NCBI GenBank assembly: GCA_012735465.1
Contig: JAAYHJ010000016.1
Span: 16,648-80,647, forward strand
Direction: 5' to 3'
Origin: Clostridiaceae bacterium
GTDB lineage: Bacteria; Bacillota; Clostridia; SK-Y3
DNA: 64,000 nt
Shown: positions 26,769 through 36,095 of the stretch, in pieces
How positions within the stretch are numbered: position 1 is the first letter of the stretch
Layout: each line of letters begins with the position of its first letter
Notes under the pieces: generated by a model
What the model saw: the letters and a program-made list of their open reading frames with translations, nothing else
What the model was told of the DNA's origin: nothing
Database searches by the model: none
Position numbers and translations under genes: made by a program

Positions 26769-28388
26769 TCACATCTCCTTCACTGGATCCTGTTCATAAC
26801 GGTCAATATCCACCGGGTTTATATATTCAGGCCTTCTTTTCATATATTGAATAGGAAGACGCAGTATAACATCCTTCCAATCCCTTAACTGGACAGGCGC
26901 AACGGGCGCCATGTAATTTACTCCAAAGCTTTTTAAAATCACCAGGTGAATGTTAATCAAAATAAAAGCAATGCATACCCCATATAAGCCCAGTATTCCT
27001 GCAAGAAACATGCTGAAAAAACGAAAGACTCTAAAGGCAATAGCCACACTATAAGAAGGTATTATAAAGGAAGCAATGGCAGTAATGGATACAACAACCA
27101 CCATGGAAGGAGAAGTTATACCTGCCCGTACGGCAGCATCCCCAATAATAATACCTCCTACAATTCCAATAGTCTGGCCAATGGGCTTTGGCAGTCGCGC
27201 TCCTGCTTCCCTCAGCAATTCAATGGTTATTTCCATGAGCAGTGCTTCAATTATAGCCGGAAACGGCACCAGCTCACGGTCGGCAGCTACCGATAATGCT
27301 AATGTGGTAGGCAGCATCTCGGGATGATAGGAAACAACAGCGATGTATAAGGCAGGAGCAAAAGTGGCCAGCAACGAGCCTATCCAGCGGAGCGACCGTA
27401 ACAGCGACCCTATAATCCATCTCTCATAATAGTCTTCAGGGCTTTGGAAGAACTGATACAGGTTAGCAGGTAAAATAAGGGCAAAAGGTGAGCCATCCAC
27501 CAGTATTACCACCCGTCCTTCCATCAATGCCGTTGCTGCCTTATCGGGACGTTCCGTATTTTGTATTTGAGGAAAAGGACTTAATTTATTGTCTTCAATA
27601 TACTGTTCAATCTGCCCCGCTTCATGAATATCATCCGTATCAATATCTTTTATCTTCTTTTCAATTTTATCCACCAACTCCGGCTGTGCTATCCCTTTAA
27701 TATAGCACAGCACCACATTTGTTTTGGTACGCCTTCCTAAGGTCATATTTCTCATAACAAAATTAGGGTCACGAATTCTTCTGCGCAGCAAAGCGGTATT
27801 AAATCTAATTGTCTCTGTAAAGCCATCCCGCGGTCCCCTTACAACCGCTTCCGTAGGCGGTTCCTCCACACCCCTTGATTCCAAATGACGAGTGCCTATA
27901 ACTATTGCTTTGTCATACCCGTCAATTAAAAGTATGGTTTCGCCGGACAAAAGGGGCAGCATGGCCTTATCAATGTCTTCTGCCTCTTTTAATTCGGCTA
28001 CCGATATTATTCTCTCCACTATAAGCGCTGCCGCCTGTTCCTTCTTTACGTCCTGTACCTTCTGTTCTTCCAGGAGCGCGCCGCCCCACATAATGGGTTG
28101 AATTATATGTAATTGTATCAAGGACTTATCAACCATTCCATCTACAAAGATTACACCACATTTAATATTGCTTATGAATGATGTAAACTGGCGAAAAACT
28201 ATATCATCACTGTCTTTAAGATAGGCTTTGAATTTATTAAAATTATCATCAAAATTTTTTGAAAAATTTGACGATACCTGCTCTTCAGGAGGCAGATTCT
28301 TGTCCTTTTCCTGGTCATCGTTTTTTGTTTCTCTTTTATTTTTTTTAATTATTTTTACCATACTGTCATCCTTTCGGACATTATTCAT
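26769..28388 (-). CDS. Spore germination receptor subunit A (GerAA/GerKA family)
   Basis: 539 aa with a soluble N-domain and C-terminal TM bundle (PALYIAVVSYHPEMLPTTLALSVAADRELVPFPA). The start may be ATG 28361 (RBS AAGGA) rather than 28388. Confidence 0.88.
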   Translation of the reverse strand: MNNVRKDDSMVKIIKKNKRETKNDDQEKDKNLPPEEQVSSNFSKNFDDNFNKFKAYLKDSDDIVFRQFTSFISNIKCGVIFVDGMVDKSLIQLHIIQPIMWGGALLEEQKVQDVKKEQAAALIVERIISVAELKEAEDIDKAMLPLLSGETILLIDGYDKAIVIGTRHLESRGVEEPPTEAVVRGPRDGFTETIRFNTALLRRRIRDPNFVMRNMTLGRRTKTNVVLCYIKGIAQPELVDKIEKKIKDIDTDDIHEAGQIEQYIEDNKLSPFPQIQNTERPDKAATALMEGRVVILVDGSPFALILPANLYQFFQSPEDYYERWIIGSLLRSLRWIGSLLATFAPALYIAVVSYHPEMLPTTLALSVAADRELVPFPAIIEALLMEITIELLREAGARLPKPIGQTIGIVGGIIIGDAAVRAGITSPSMVVVVSITAIASFIIPSYSVAIAFRVFRFFSMFLAGILGLYGVCIAFILINIHLVILKSFGVNYMAPVAPVQLRDWKDVILRLPIQYMKRRPEYINPVDIDRYEQDPVKEM

Positions 28389-28564
28389 TCCATAAATCAG
28401 TTTTTATATTTCGCATAAACCGTAAAAAATATACATCTATATTATAAAAGGATTGCTATTCTTATTGATTTACCTCTCTGTAACATTTCCCCTTTCTTAC
28501 TCATATTATGTAACTATAAAGTACTCTGTATTTTCATTTAACCCGGTTGAAAGGAGGCTTTTTT

Positions 28565-28765
28565 ATGAGTAAAGATGTATCGTACAGTAAAAAAGGCAAC
28601 AGTGAAATATTATTTTTCATACTGGTATTTCTTCTTTTATTCTATGATAACAGCGCAATTTGCGGGTACCCTTATGCCGGCGCAGCCAAAGGCAAGAAAC
28701 GTGACAGTTCCATATTGTTCTTTATTTTAATCTTCCTTCTTTTATTTTATGATAACGGAGCTTAA
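28565..28765 (+). CDS. Tandem-duplicated tiny hydrophobic peptide (66 aa), YjcZ/tiny-TM sporulation-peptide-like
   Basis: RBS AAAGGAGG 7 nt before ATG 28565. Internal repeat KKGNSEILFFILVFLLLFYDNSA / KKRDSSILFFILIFLLLFYDNGA. Confidence 0.55.
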   Translation: MSKDVSYSKKGNSEILFFILVFLLLFYDNSAICGYPYAGAAKGKKRDSSILFFILIFLLLFYDNGA

Positions 28766-28881
28766 TTCCTTTCGTTAAGATGTAACATATCAGCATCCAT
28801 CATCATAAGATAAATGGGATATAAAAAGAGTGGGCTATACAAGAAAGAATATCCGTTCTAGTGCTAAATGGTCACTATTGT

Positions 28882-28912
28882 ACCATACATATTAGTGTAT
28901 GGTTATTTTTTT
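28882..28912 (+). terminator. Rho-independent terminator
   Basis: accataca-tattag-tgtatggt followed by tattttttt. Confidence 0.6.
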
Positions 28913-28928
28913 GAAAAGGAGGTACACG

Positions 28929-29258
28929 ATGTTTCCCATTCTGAATAAAAAGCTTCAACAAATGCTCTCAAATGTGGATCCGGCTACATTAGAAAAGAGT
29001 ATAAAGGTGGTTTCCGAATTAATGAATACTGAAGAAGGTAAAAAAATTGCTCAACTTATTCAAAAAATGGATAAGCAAAAAATCATGGAAAAAATACAAG
29101 GGATACATGAAGATGCACTGGTGCAGGAACTTGAAAGCATAGATATTAATACACTTGCTAAAAAAATTGAAAATACGGAAAAAGAAAAGATAATTCAACA
29201 ATTAGTTTCAAATCCTGAACTCATGAAAAAGCTCCAAGAATTCATAAATATGAAATAG
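28929..29258 (+). CDS. Hypothetical K/E/Q-rich helical protein (109 aa)
   Basis: RBS AAAAGGAGG before ATG 28929 (MFPILNKKLQQ...). No family recognised. Confidence 0.55.
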   Translation: MFPILNKKLQQMLSNVDPATLEKSIKVVSELMNTEEGKKIAQLIQKMDKQKIMEKIQGIHEDALVQELESIDINTLAKKIENTEKEKIIQQLVSNPELMKKLQEFINMK

Positions 29259-29277
29259 CAGGAAGGAGGGATAGGTA

Positions 29278-29700
29278 GTGACCGATGAGTTTAATAATAA
29301 ATTAGACCAGGTTAAAACCCTGTTAGAAAATGAGAATATGGTAAACAGCTTAAAAACACTTATAAACATGCTTGGTAATTCTGCTCAAGGAGACCAAAAA
29401 CAAGTAGCCCCTCAGCCCGGTTCAGAAAACGAACCTGCAAAAGAATCTGCCGTCAGCCAAGTAGCTCCCTCAAATACATCATTGCAACAATCGTCCATGG
29501 ATGAAACAATGGATGCAATTATACGCATAAAAAACGCTTACGATAAGATCAGCAGGGAAGATGACCCTAGGATAAATTTATTAATGGCATTAAAACCCTA
29601 CTTAAGTCCCAGAAGGAAATCCAAGCTTGAAACGGCTATAAGGGTCGCAAACCTTACCAAATTGTCAAGCGCCATAAGCCGAGAATTTGAAAAATTTTAA
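29278..29700 (+). CDS. Hypothetical protein (140 aa)
   Basis: GTG start with RBS GGAAGGAGGG. It has a disordered Q/S/P-rich middle and a conserved-looking C-terminus, DPRINLLMALKPYLSPRRKSKLETAIRVANL. Confidence 0.55.
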   Translation: MTDEFNNKLDQVKTLLENENMVNSLKTLINMLGNSAQGDQKQVAPQPGSENEPAKESAVSQVAPSNTSLQQSSMDETMDAIIRIKNAYDKISREDDPRINLLMALKPYLSPRRKSKLETAIRVANLTKLSSAISREFEKF

Positions 29701-29713
29701 GGAGTGAATCAAT

Positions 29714-30097
29714 ATGTATAGGCGATATTACGACCGGTTTGACAGGCCAGGTGAAATCCCGCAGAGACCGATTGGTGCAAACCTTTTTGAAGCTAATGAT
29801 ACCGAGATAAAAAATACAGCAGACAATACCCCTGCTGCCGGTGAACCTGAGATTATCGTTCCCGAAAAGCCTGTCCCACAGGAAAATATTGAAGTTTCAT
29901 CAGCCGAACCGGCCGCACCTCAAATTGCCTCCGGACCTTTTTTCCCCAGCCTGTCAAGAGGGATAGAAAACTTCTTCAAAAGAATCAAGCGGGATGATCT
30001 GCTTTTACTGGCACTGCTTTTTATCCTTTTACAGGAAGAAGTGGATGATGAGCTGCTCATACTTATATTGTTATTCCTGTTTTTTATCGGCCTGTAA
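29714..30097 (+). CDS. Hypothetical protein with acidic-hydrophobic C-terminal anchor (127 aa)
   Basis: RBS AAGGAG. MYRRYYDRFDRPGE... ending in DDLLLLALLFILLQEEVDDELLILILLFLFFIGL. Confidence 0.5.
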   Translation: MYRRYYDRFDRPGEIPQRPIGANLFEANDTEIKNTADNTPAAGEPEIIVPEKPVPQENIEVSSAEPAAPQIASGPFFPSLSRGIENFFKRIKRDDLLLLALLFILLQEEVDDELLILILLFLFFIGL

Positions 30098-30107
30098 AAA
30101 TACATAT

Positions 30108-30129
30108 GGAGTGGCTGAACAGCCACTCC
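30108..30129. terminator. Bidirectional hairpin between convergent genes
   Basis: ggagtggctg-aa-cagccactcc: 10-bp perfect stem between the stops at 30097 (+) and 30140 (-). Confidence 0.6.
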
Positions 30130-30139
30130 TTATCCATCC

Positions 30140-31009
30140 TTATTGGTCCAATACCACTTCAGCCACTACGGGCAGATGGTCGGAAGACTGGGTTCCAATA
30201 TATTTATTGCTTTTTATTTCAAAGGCATCCGAAACCAGGATATAGTCAATTCGCGCCTCAGGTTGATAGGACGGATAAGTGCAATATTCTTCCATAGCAG
30301 TATCCTTCATGAGGTCAAGCAGGCTTTTCATTTCATCCGAGTGGGGAAGGGAGTTAAAATCCCCCATTAATATGGTTGGGCCTTCACTTTCCTTGATCTT
30401 CTTTTCTATAAAGCTTATTTGTTCAGGTCTTTCTTTCGTTTTAATGGATAAATGGGTAACAAAGACTTTTATGTGATTCCCTTCGACATCCAAATCGGCT
30501 TCAATTAGTCCCCTGGGCTCCGAAAAACTGCTTTTGGGCAAAGGATGATTGGTAAAAGACTTTATAGGGAAGCGGCTTAATAATACATTTCCATACTTGC
30601 TGCCTAAATTAATATTATATCCATAGGCAAAATAAAGTCCCAATTGCTCGGCAATAATCTTATCCTGTTTTTGCATATTGGAACGGGGCATAAGATGATC
30701 CACCTCATTAAGGGCTATAATATCTGCGTCAGTATCCCGAATTGTTTCAATAACCCTGTTTAAATCCAAACAATCATCAACCCCAACCCCATATCTCATA
30801 TTAAATGTCATCAGCTTCAGCACTTGTTCCCTAGCCTTATTCAGGCTTATCTCCATGGCAACCGCATCCTCTTGCTGAATAACAGGCAATTCTTTCTTAA
30901 CCGCAGTAAAAGATGTGCATATAGTAAGAACAGCAAATAACATGATGGGGCAAGCTATAATCCATTGACTAATAATTGATTTTATGATCGTCTTTAAACA
31001 CAATGCCAA
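30140..31009 (-). CDS. Endonuclease/exonuclease/phosphatase (EEP) family protein with N-terminal membrane anchor
   Basis: 289 aa with LMTFNMRYG, ALNEVD, GDFNS and SDHLPV motifs. Confidence 0.8.
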   Translation of the reverse strand: MALCLKTIIKSIISQWIIACPIMLFAVLTICTSFTAVKKELPVIQQEDAVAMEISLNKAREQVLKLMTFNMRYGVGVDDCLDLNRVIETIRDTDADIIALNEVDHLMPRSNMQKQDKIIAEQLGLYFAYGYNINLGSKYGNVLLSRFPIKSFTNHPLPKSSFSEPRGLIEADLDVEGNHIKVFVTHLSIKTKERPEQISFIEKKIKESEGPTILMGDFNSLPHSDEMKSLLDLMKDTAMEEYCTYPSYQPEARIDYILVSDAFEIKSNKYIGTQSSDHLPVVAEVVLDQ

Positions 31010-31110
31010 TCACCCCATCAGTTTACTTATTATATATTATGTATACTAATTGATATTAATTATATCATACCTTCGTACATTTTAACAAGAAAAATAATTC
31101 AAACAATTAA

Positions 31111-31130
31111 GGCAGACGCATCGGTCTGCC
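31111..31130 (-). terminator. Hairpin after leuB
   Basis: ggcagac-gcatcg-gtctgcc, 19 nt after the leuB stop. T-run modest. Confidence 0.45.
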
Positions 31131-31148
31131 CTGCAATTCCAATTTGCG

Positions 31149-32207
31149 TTAAATATTATCAATAATCCGTTCACCCATTTCATTGGTACCCACAAGCTTC
31201 ATTCCCGGGCTCATGATGTCCCCGGTTCTATACCCCTGGTCCAATACACTGCCAACTGCCTTTTCAATCGCATCCGCTTCCTCTGCCAAATCAAAGGAAT
31301 ATCTTAACATCATTGCAGCAGATATTATCATGGCAATGGGGTTTGCTTTATCCTGCCCTGCTATATCCGGCGCCGACCCGTGTACCGGTTCATACATGCC
31401 CCGCCTGTCCGTTCCCAGGCTGGCGGACGGCAACATGCCAATGGACCCGGTAAGCATGGATGCTTCATCGGATAATATGTCTCCAAACATATTACTGGTG
31501 ACAATAACATCAAACTGCTTGGGATTTCGGACCAGCTGCATGGCCGCATTATCCACATACATATGCTCCAGGGTAACTTCCGGATACTCTTCAGCCACCC
31601 GTTCTACCACTTCCCTCCACAGGCGGGAACTTTCCAATATATTTGCCTTATCCACCGACACAACCTTCTTCTTTCTTTTAATTGCAATGTCAAAAGCCAC
31701 CCGCGCTATTCTTTCCACCTCTTCAATACTGTATTTCTCGGTGTCATAGGCATAGTTACCGCTTCTGCCCCTGTCACCAAAGTAAATACCCCCGGTAAGC
31801 TCCCTTACCACTATTATGTCCAGGCTTTCACCAATTATCTCCGGTTTAAGGGGAGATGCTTCCTTAAGGGCATTATGCAGCACTGCCGGGCGAAGGTTGG
31901 CAAATAAACCAAGCCCTTTCCTGAGACCCAACAGGGCCTGTTCCGGCCTTTCGCTTCCAGGCAATGTATCCCATTTAGGTCCTCCCACCGCCCCCAGAAG
32001 CACCGCATCACTTTTTTTACATACTTCCAAGGTTTCTTCCGGTAAAGCCACGCCATATTTATCGATGGCACATCCCCCGGCATCCACTTCCGTAAGCTCA
32101 AATATATGACCATATTTACTGCCCACGGCTTTTAGCACCTTTACTGCCTGTTCCACAACTTCCCTGCCTATTCCGTCCCCGGGAATAACAGCAATATTGT
32201 ATTTCAT
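31149..32207 (-). CDS. leuB: 3-isopropylmalate dehydrogenase
   Basis: 352 aa with [43 protein letters not shown] and GSAPDIAGQ. Confidence 0.95.
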   Translation of the reverse strand: MKYNIAVIPGDGIGREVVEQAVKVLKAVGSKYGHIFELTEVDAGGCAIDKYGVALPEETLEVCKKSDAVLLGAVGGPKWDTLPGSERPEQALLGLRKGLGLFANLRPAVLHNALKEASPLKPEIIGESLDIIVVRELTGGIYFGDRGRSGNYAYDTEKYSIEEVERIARVAFDIAIKRKKKVVSVDKANILESSRLWREVVERVAEEYPEVTLEHMYVDNAAMQLVRNPKQFDVIVTSNMFGDILSDEASMLTGSIGMLPSASLGTDRRGMYEPVHGSAPDIAGQDKANPIAMIISAAMMLRYSFDLAEEADAIEKAVGSVLDQGYRTGDIMSPGMKLVGTNEMGERIIDNI

Positions 32208-32214
32208 ATTTACC

Positions 32215-32706
32215 TCATCTCCTTGTGCTTTTAATATATCCTATAAGCCCGTTATTTGCAATTATTTCCTGCATAAAATCAGGGAAAGGTGCACCTTGGT
32301 ATACTTTGTTTCTGGTTAAATTAAATATTTCTCCCGTATCAAAATTTACTTTTATTTCATCTCCATCCTGTATGTCCCTCGAGGCTTCAGGGCATTCCAA
32401 AATGGGCAAACCGATATTAATGGCATTGCGATAAAAAATTCGTGCAAAGGTCTCGGCAATAATACAGGATATTCCTGATGCTTTAATGGCAATAGGTGCA
32501 TGTTCCCTGGAAGAACCGCATCCAAAATTTTTAGCAGCAACTATTATATCTCCTTTATTAACCTTTTTTGTAAACAGGGGATCCAAATCCTCCATACAAT
32601 GCTTTGCCAACTCTTCCGGATCGGATGTGTTTAAGTACCTGGCAGGTATTATAACATCCGTATCCACATTATCTCCGTATTTGATTGCTTTTCCATGGGC
32701 CAGCAT
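32215..32706 (-). CDS. leuD: 3-isopropylmalate dehydratase small subunit
   Basis: 163 aa, short LeuD type, with [12 protein letters not shown]. Confidence 0.92.
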   Translation of the reverse strand: MLAHGKAIKYGDNVDTDVIIPARYLNTSDPEELAKHCMEDLDPLFTKKVNKGDIIVAAKNFGCGSSREHAPIAIKASGISCIIAETFARIFYRNAINIGLPILECPEASRDIQDGDEIKVNFDTGEIFNLTRNKVYQGAPFPDFMQEIIANNGLIGYIKSTRR

Positions 32707-32707
32707 C

Positions 32708-33970
32708 TTATACCACCTCCTCCGGTGAAATTATCCTGCCTGCTATGGCAGAAGCAGCCGCTACTGCGGGACTGGCCAAATATACCTCGCTTTTAGGATG
32801 CCCCATCCTGCCCACAAAATTTCTATTGGTGGTGGCAACAGCCCGTTCACCCTCAGCCAATATGCCCATATGACCTCCAAGACAAGGCCCGCAGGTAGGT
32901 GTACTCACTACCGCACCTGCTTCTATAAAAATTTTCAACAGTCCTTCTTCCAGGGCCTGAAGGTAAATTTTTTGCGTAGCAGGAATAATAATAGTACGTA
33001 CCCGTGGGTGAACTGTTTTCCCTTTAAGGATGCTTGCAGCTATCCTTAAATCTTCAATCCTTCCGTTTGTGCATGAACCAATTACCACTTGATCAATTGC
33101 AATTTCTCCTACCTCATCAATGGTGCGCGTGTTTTCAGGAAGATGAGGAAATGCCACCGTAGGTTTTATCTGACCTAAATCAATGGTATAGGTTTTTACA
33201 TATTCTGCATCTTCATCCGCCTTGTATACCTTATATTCCCTGGTGGAATGTTCCTTTACATAGGCAATGGTCTTTTCATCCACTTCAAAAATGCCGTTTT
33301 TCGCACCGGCCTCTATTGCCATATTGGCCATCGTAAAGCGGTCATCCATGGACAACGCTTTTAAACCTTCCCCCGTAAACTCCATGGATTTATACAGGGC
33401 ACCATCCACTCCAATCATTCCAATGATATGCAGTATAACATCCTTTCCGCTAACCCATTTGTTTAATTCACCTTTAAGCTCAAATTTTATTGCTTCAGGT
33501 ACCTTAAACCAGGCTTCCCCCGTTGCCATTCCTGCTGCCATATCCGTACTTCCTATGCCGGTTGAAAAGGCTCCCAATGCTCCATAAGTACATGTATGGG
33601 AATCGGCTCCAATTACCACGTCCCCGGGAACCACCAGACCTTTTTCCGGGATCAATGCATGTTCAATTCCCATCTGCCCGACTTCAAAATAGTTTACTAT
33701 ATTCTTTTCCCTTGCAAATTCCCGGATAATTTTACATTGTTCTGCCGATTTTATGTCTTTATTTGGTGTGAAATGATCCGGTACAAGGGCAACCTTATTG
33801 ACATCAAATACTTCATTTATTCCTATTTTGTTAAATTCTTTTATTGCTACCGGTGCAGTAATATCATTTCCCAATACCAGATCCAACTTTGCTTTTATCA
33901 ATTGGCCGGGTATTACCTTATCCAGTCCTGCATGATCCGCCAGGATTTTTTGTGTCATTGTCATTCCCAT
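32708..33970 (-). CDS. leuC: 3-isopropylmalate dehydratase large subunit
   Basis: [16 protein letters not shown]..., with [22 protein letters not shown] and CGPCLG aconitase-family cluster ligands. Start at ATG 33970 (RBS GGAGGG). Confidence 0.93.
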   Translation of the reverse strand: MGMTMTQKILADHAGLDKVIPGQLIKAKLDLVLGNDITAPVAIKEFNKIGINEVFDVNKVALVPDHFTPNKDIKSAEQCKIIREFAREKNIVNYFEVGQMGIEHALIPEKGLVVPGDVVIGADSHTCTYGALGAFSTGIGSTDMAAGMATGEAWFKVPEAIKFELKGELNKWVSGKDVILHIIGMIGVDGALYKSMEFTGEGLKALSMDDRFTMANMAIEAGAKNGIFEVDEKTIAYVKEHSTREYKVYKADEDAEYVKTYTIDLGQIKPTVAFPHLPENTRTIDEVGEIAIDQVVIGSCTNGRIEDLRIAASILKGKTVHPRVRTIIIPATQKIYLQALEEGLLKIFIEAGAVVSTPTCGPCLGGHMGILAEGERAVATTNRNFVGRMGHPKSEVYLASPAVAAASAIAGRIISPEEVV

Positions 33971-34092
33971 CCAAATCCCTCCTTTATAATTAATATTATT
34001 TTTCATTTCGATAATAAGCCTAAATACTCTTTTGTTTTCGTTTATTTTACGGGAAACATGGCATTAATTCTTCCCAATTACTATGAAAGTAA

Positions 34093-34134
34093 GAATAAAA
34101 AAAATAATGTTTTTTGCTTGGAAAACATTATTTT
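34093..34134 (-). terminator. Rho-independent terminator after the AraC-family gene
   Basis: aaaataatgtttt...aaaacattatttt: 13-bp AT-rich stem with a T8 run on the minus strand. Confidence 0.6.
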
Positions 34135-34148
34135 AAAGAATTTGAATT

Positions 34149-35081
34149 TTACTGCTTCTTATTCATCTTCTCCATCTTAACTTTTTTTCTGTATTTAAGA
34201 GGAGTCATTTTTACATATTTTTTAAACATATCATTATACCTTTGTTGGCTGGAAAAACCTACGCTCAATGCTATATCGCTTATTTTTAAATCTGTTTTTT
34301 CCAAGAGTTCCTTAGATTTTTCAACTCTAACCTTCAGCAAAAAACTTTTTGGACTTATATTAAATTCTTCTTTAAAAGCGTGAGCAAAATAACTTTGGCT
34401 TAAGAACACATATTTTGCCACATCCGCTAATGTTAAATCCTTTTCATAATTTTTTTCCATGTAATCTTTTGCAATATGCATTAATTCCTTTACTTTCAAA
34501 CTTTTATTTTTTATATTTTCTTCCCACTCCATCTTTAATGCGCGGGATATCAACACGAAAAGTTCCATGATCAGGAGGTAACTTAAAAAGTCTCCCCATA
34601 TGTCTTGTTTTTCTCTTTCTCTTAAAATCCTATTCATTATATGTATAATATCATTTTTCCTGCTGACTTTAAGGGTAATAAACGCACCGCTTTCCTGATT
34701 CTTAACAAACTCAATAAAATCATTTAATGAAACATCCGAATAGGATTCGTCATATTGGTTTCTAAATTTAAACCTTAAAACTATAAATTCACATCCACTC
34801 TGTGACTTCACTGTAAATTTATGCTTTTGATAGGGTTTTATGATAACAATATCATTGGGCCCTAAGGGTACATCTTGTCCCGCAATCCTAAAAACCGTGT
34901 TTCCCCTTTTTACATATACCATTTCAAAATGATCATGCACATTTGCTTCCATGGACCAGCTTGGATCATGAATTCTCTCCAGGGTTTTTACAATCACAGG
35001 TAAAAAGGTGCCATTTTGAATAAGCCTTTCCCAGGCTCTAGGCAGCATTGCCTCAGACATGATACTCATCCTTCTTCCCAA
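34149..35081 (-). CDS. AraC-family transcriptional regulator with N-terminal cupin sensor domain
   Basis: 310 aa. The C-terminal double HTH contains LTLADVAKYVFLSQSYFAHAFKEEF and ISDIALSVGFSSQQRYNDMFKKY. Confidence 0.85.
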   Translation of the reverse strand: MGRRMSIMSEAMLPRAWERLIQNGTFLPVIVKTLERIHDPSWSMEANVHDHFEMVYVKRGNTVFRIAGQDVPLGPNDIVIIKPYQKHKFTVKSQSGCEFIVLRFKFRNQYDESYSDVSLNDFIEFVKNQESGAFITLKVSRKNDIIHIMNRILREREKQDIWGDFLSYLLIMELFVLISRALKMEWEENIKNKSLKVKELMHIAKDYMEKNYEKDLTLADVAKYVFLSQSYFAHAFKEEFNISPKSFLLKVRVEKSKELLEKTDLKISDIALSVGFSSQQRYNDMFKKYVKMTPLKYRKKVKMEKMNKKQ

Positions 35082-35153
35082 GTATTGTCGTATTTAAAGG
35101 CTATATAGATGATTATAACATAGATACGGTTAAATGGCGAGTAAAAGGTATGT

Positions 35154-35181
35154 AAAAAGGAGAGCATTAAGCTCTCCTCTT
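35154..35181 (-). terminator. Rho-independent terminator after the CotF-like pair
   Basis: aggagagc-attaa-gctctcct with a T-run on the minus strand. Confidence 0.65.
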
Positions 35182-35230
35182 TGCGGCAAGTTCACCTTTG
35201 TATTTACTCCTATACTTTTTACTTTATATT

Positions 35231-35476
35231 TCAAACACTAACCTGTGACTTAACTTGCATAATATCGCTTTGATCAGCTTGGGCTGCAGGTTTATAGTAT
35301 CCCTTCTGTTCTGCAATTTTATACAAATCATACTGCATCATTTCGCAATTATTGCGCATTTGCTGTACGGTTTGCCTGAATTGCTGGTTGCTTGCCTGGG
35401 TAATTACATTGGCATAACCTACAATACTGCTGTTTAGCATAGAAAGAACATCATTTACCATATCTTTTTCTTGCAT
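35231..35476 (-). CDS. Spore coat protein, CotF (Coat_F) domain
   Basis: 81 aa: MQEKDMVNDVLSMLNSSIVGYANVITQASNQQFRQTVQQMRNN, typical of the Coat F domain. Confidence 0.7.
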   Translation of the reverse strand: MQEKDMVNDVLSMLNSSIVGYANVITQASNQQFRQTVQQMRNNCEMMQYDLYKIAEQKGYYKPAAQADQSDIMQVKSQVSV

Positions 35477-35489
35477 GATTTTTCCTCCC

Positions 35490-35675
35490 CTAGCTTAAGA
35501 ATGACATTAATTTTTGCTTGGTGTTTTTGGCATCCTGTGCAGACTGTTCAAACATTCTTTTGATTTGTGGATCGGTAGCTTGCTGAGCGTATGTATTTAA
35601 CTTTTGATACGCCGTTTCATGGGAATCAATAAGATGTCTTAGGTTCTGAAGTTCCAACTGGTTAAGTTGAACCAT
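35490..35675 (-). CDS. Small helical protein paired with the CotF-like gene (probable spore coat-associated)
   Basis: 61 aa from ATG 35675 (RBS GAAAGGAG): MVQLNQLELQNLRHLIDSHETAYQKLNTYAQQATDPQ... Confidence 0.5.
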   Translation of the reverse strand: MVQLNQLELQNLRHLIDSHETAYQKLNTYAQQATDPQIKRMFEQSAQDAKNTKQKLMSFLS

Positions 35676-35865
35676 TAAAAACACTCCTTTCAAAATTGTT
35701 CTTTGCATATTCTAGTATTCTATATTGGCATGCAAATTATTCATTTTTAATTAATTGTTTGCGAATTTATTTAAAGCCACGGGGATATTGAATTTTCTAT
35801 TTGTAACCTTTTAATACCAGTCAGCATATTATACTACTGAAAAATTTGATAAGGGAGGTCGCTAT

Positions 35866-35988
35866 ATGTCAGAGGTAAATGTACAAGGTAGTTATGGCTG
35901 CGGAAATGATATCATCTGGATTATAATTGTAATATTTATAATCCTGTGGTTGTGTGGTGGTTTCTTCGCTCCACCAAGAAGATACTAA
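35866..35988 (+). CDS. Tiny hydrophobic peptide (40 aa), YjcZ/tiny-TM sporulation-peptide-like; absent from the ORF track
   Basis: My translation is MSEVNVQGSYGCGNDIIWIIIVIFIILWLCGGFFAPPRRY. RBS AAGGGAGG lies 7 nt upstream and a terminator follows. Confidence 0.55.
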   Translation: MSEVNVQGSYGCGNDIIWIIIVIFIILWLCGGFFAPPRRY

Positions 35989-36056
35989 ACAAGTACTTAA
36001 CATTAAACATATAAATCCAATGTACTTATATTCATACCAAAAAATGCTAATACTTA

Positions 36057-36088
36057 AAAGGAGGATGGCAATACTACCATCCTCCTTT
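36057..36088. terminator. Bidirectional terminator between the tiny-peptide gene and speA
   Basis: aaaggaggatgg-caatacta-ccatcctccttt: 12-bp perfect stem. Confidence 0.7.
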
Positions 36089-36095
36089 GTGTAAC

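Noticed and set aside
33971-34148. Possible T-box or leucine leader upstream of leuC.
   Set aside because: Only 178 nt separate leuC from the upstream gene. Most of that is the AT-rich terminator of the AraC-family gene. I found no specifier-loop or T-box (AGGGTGGNACCGCG-like) sequence.
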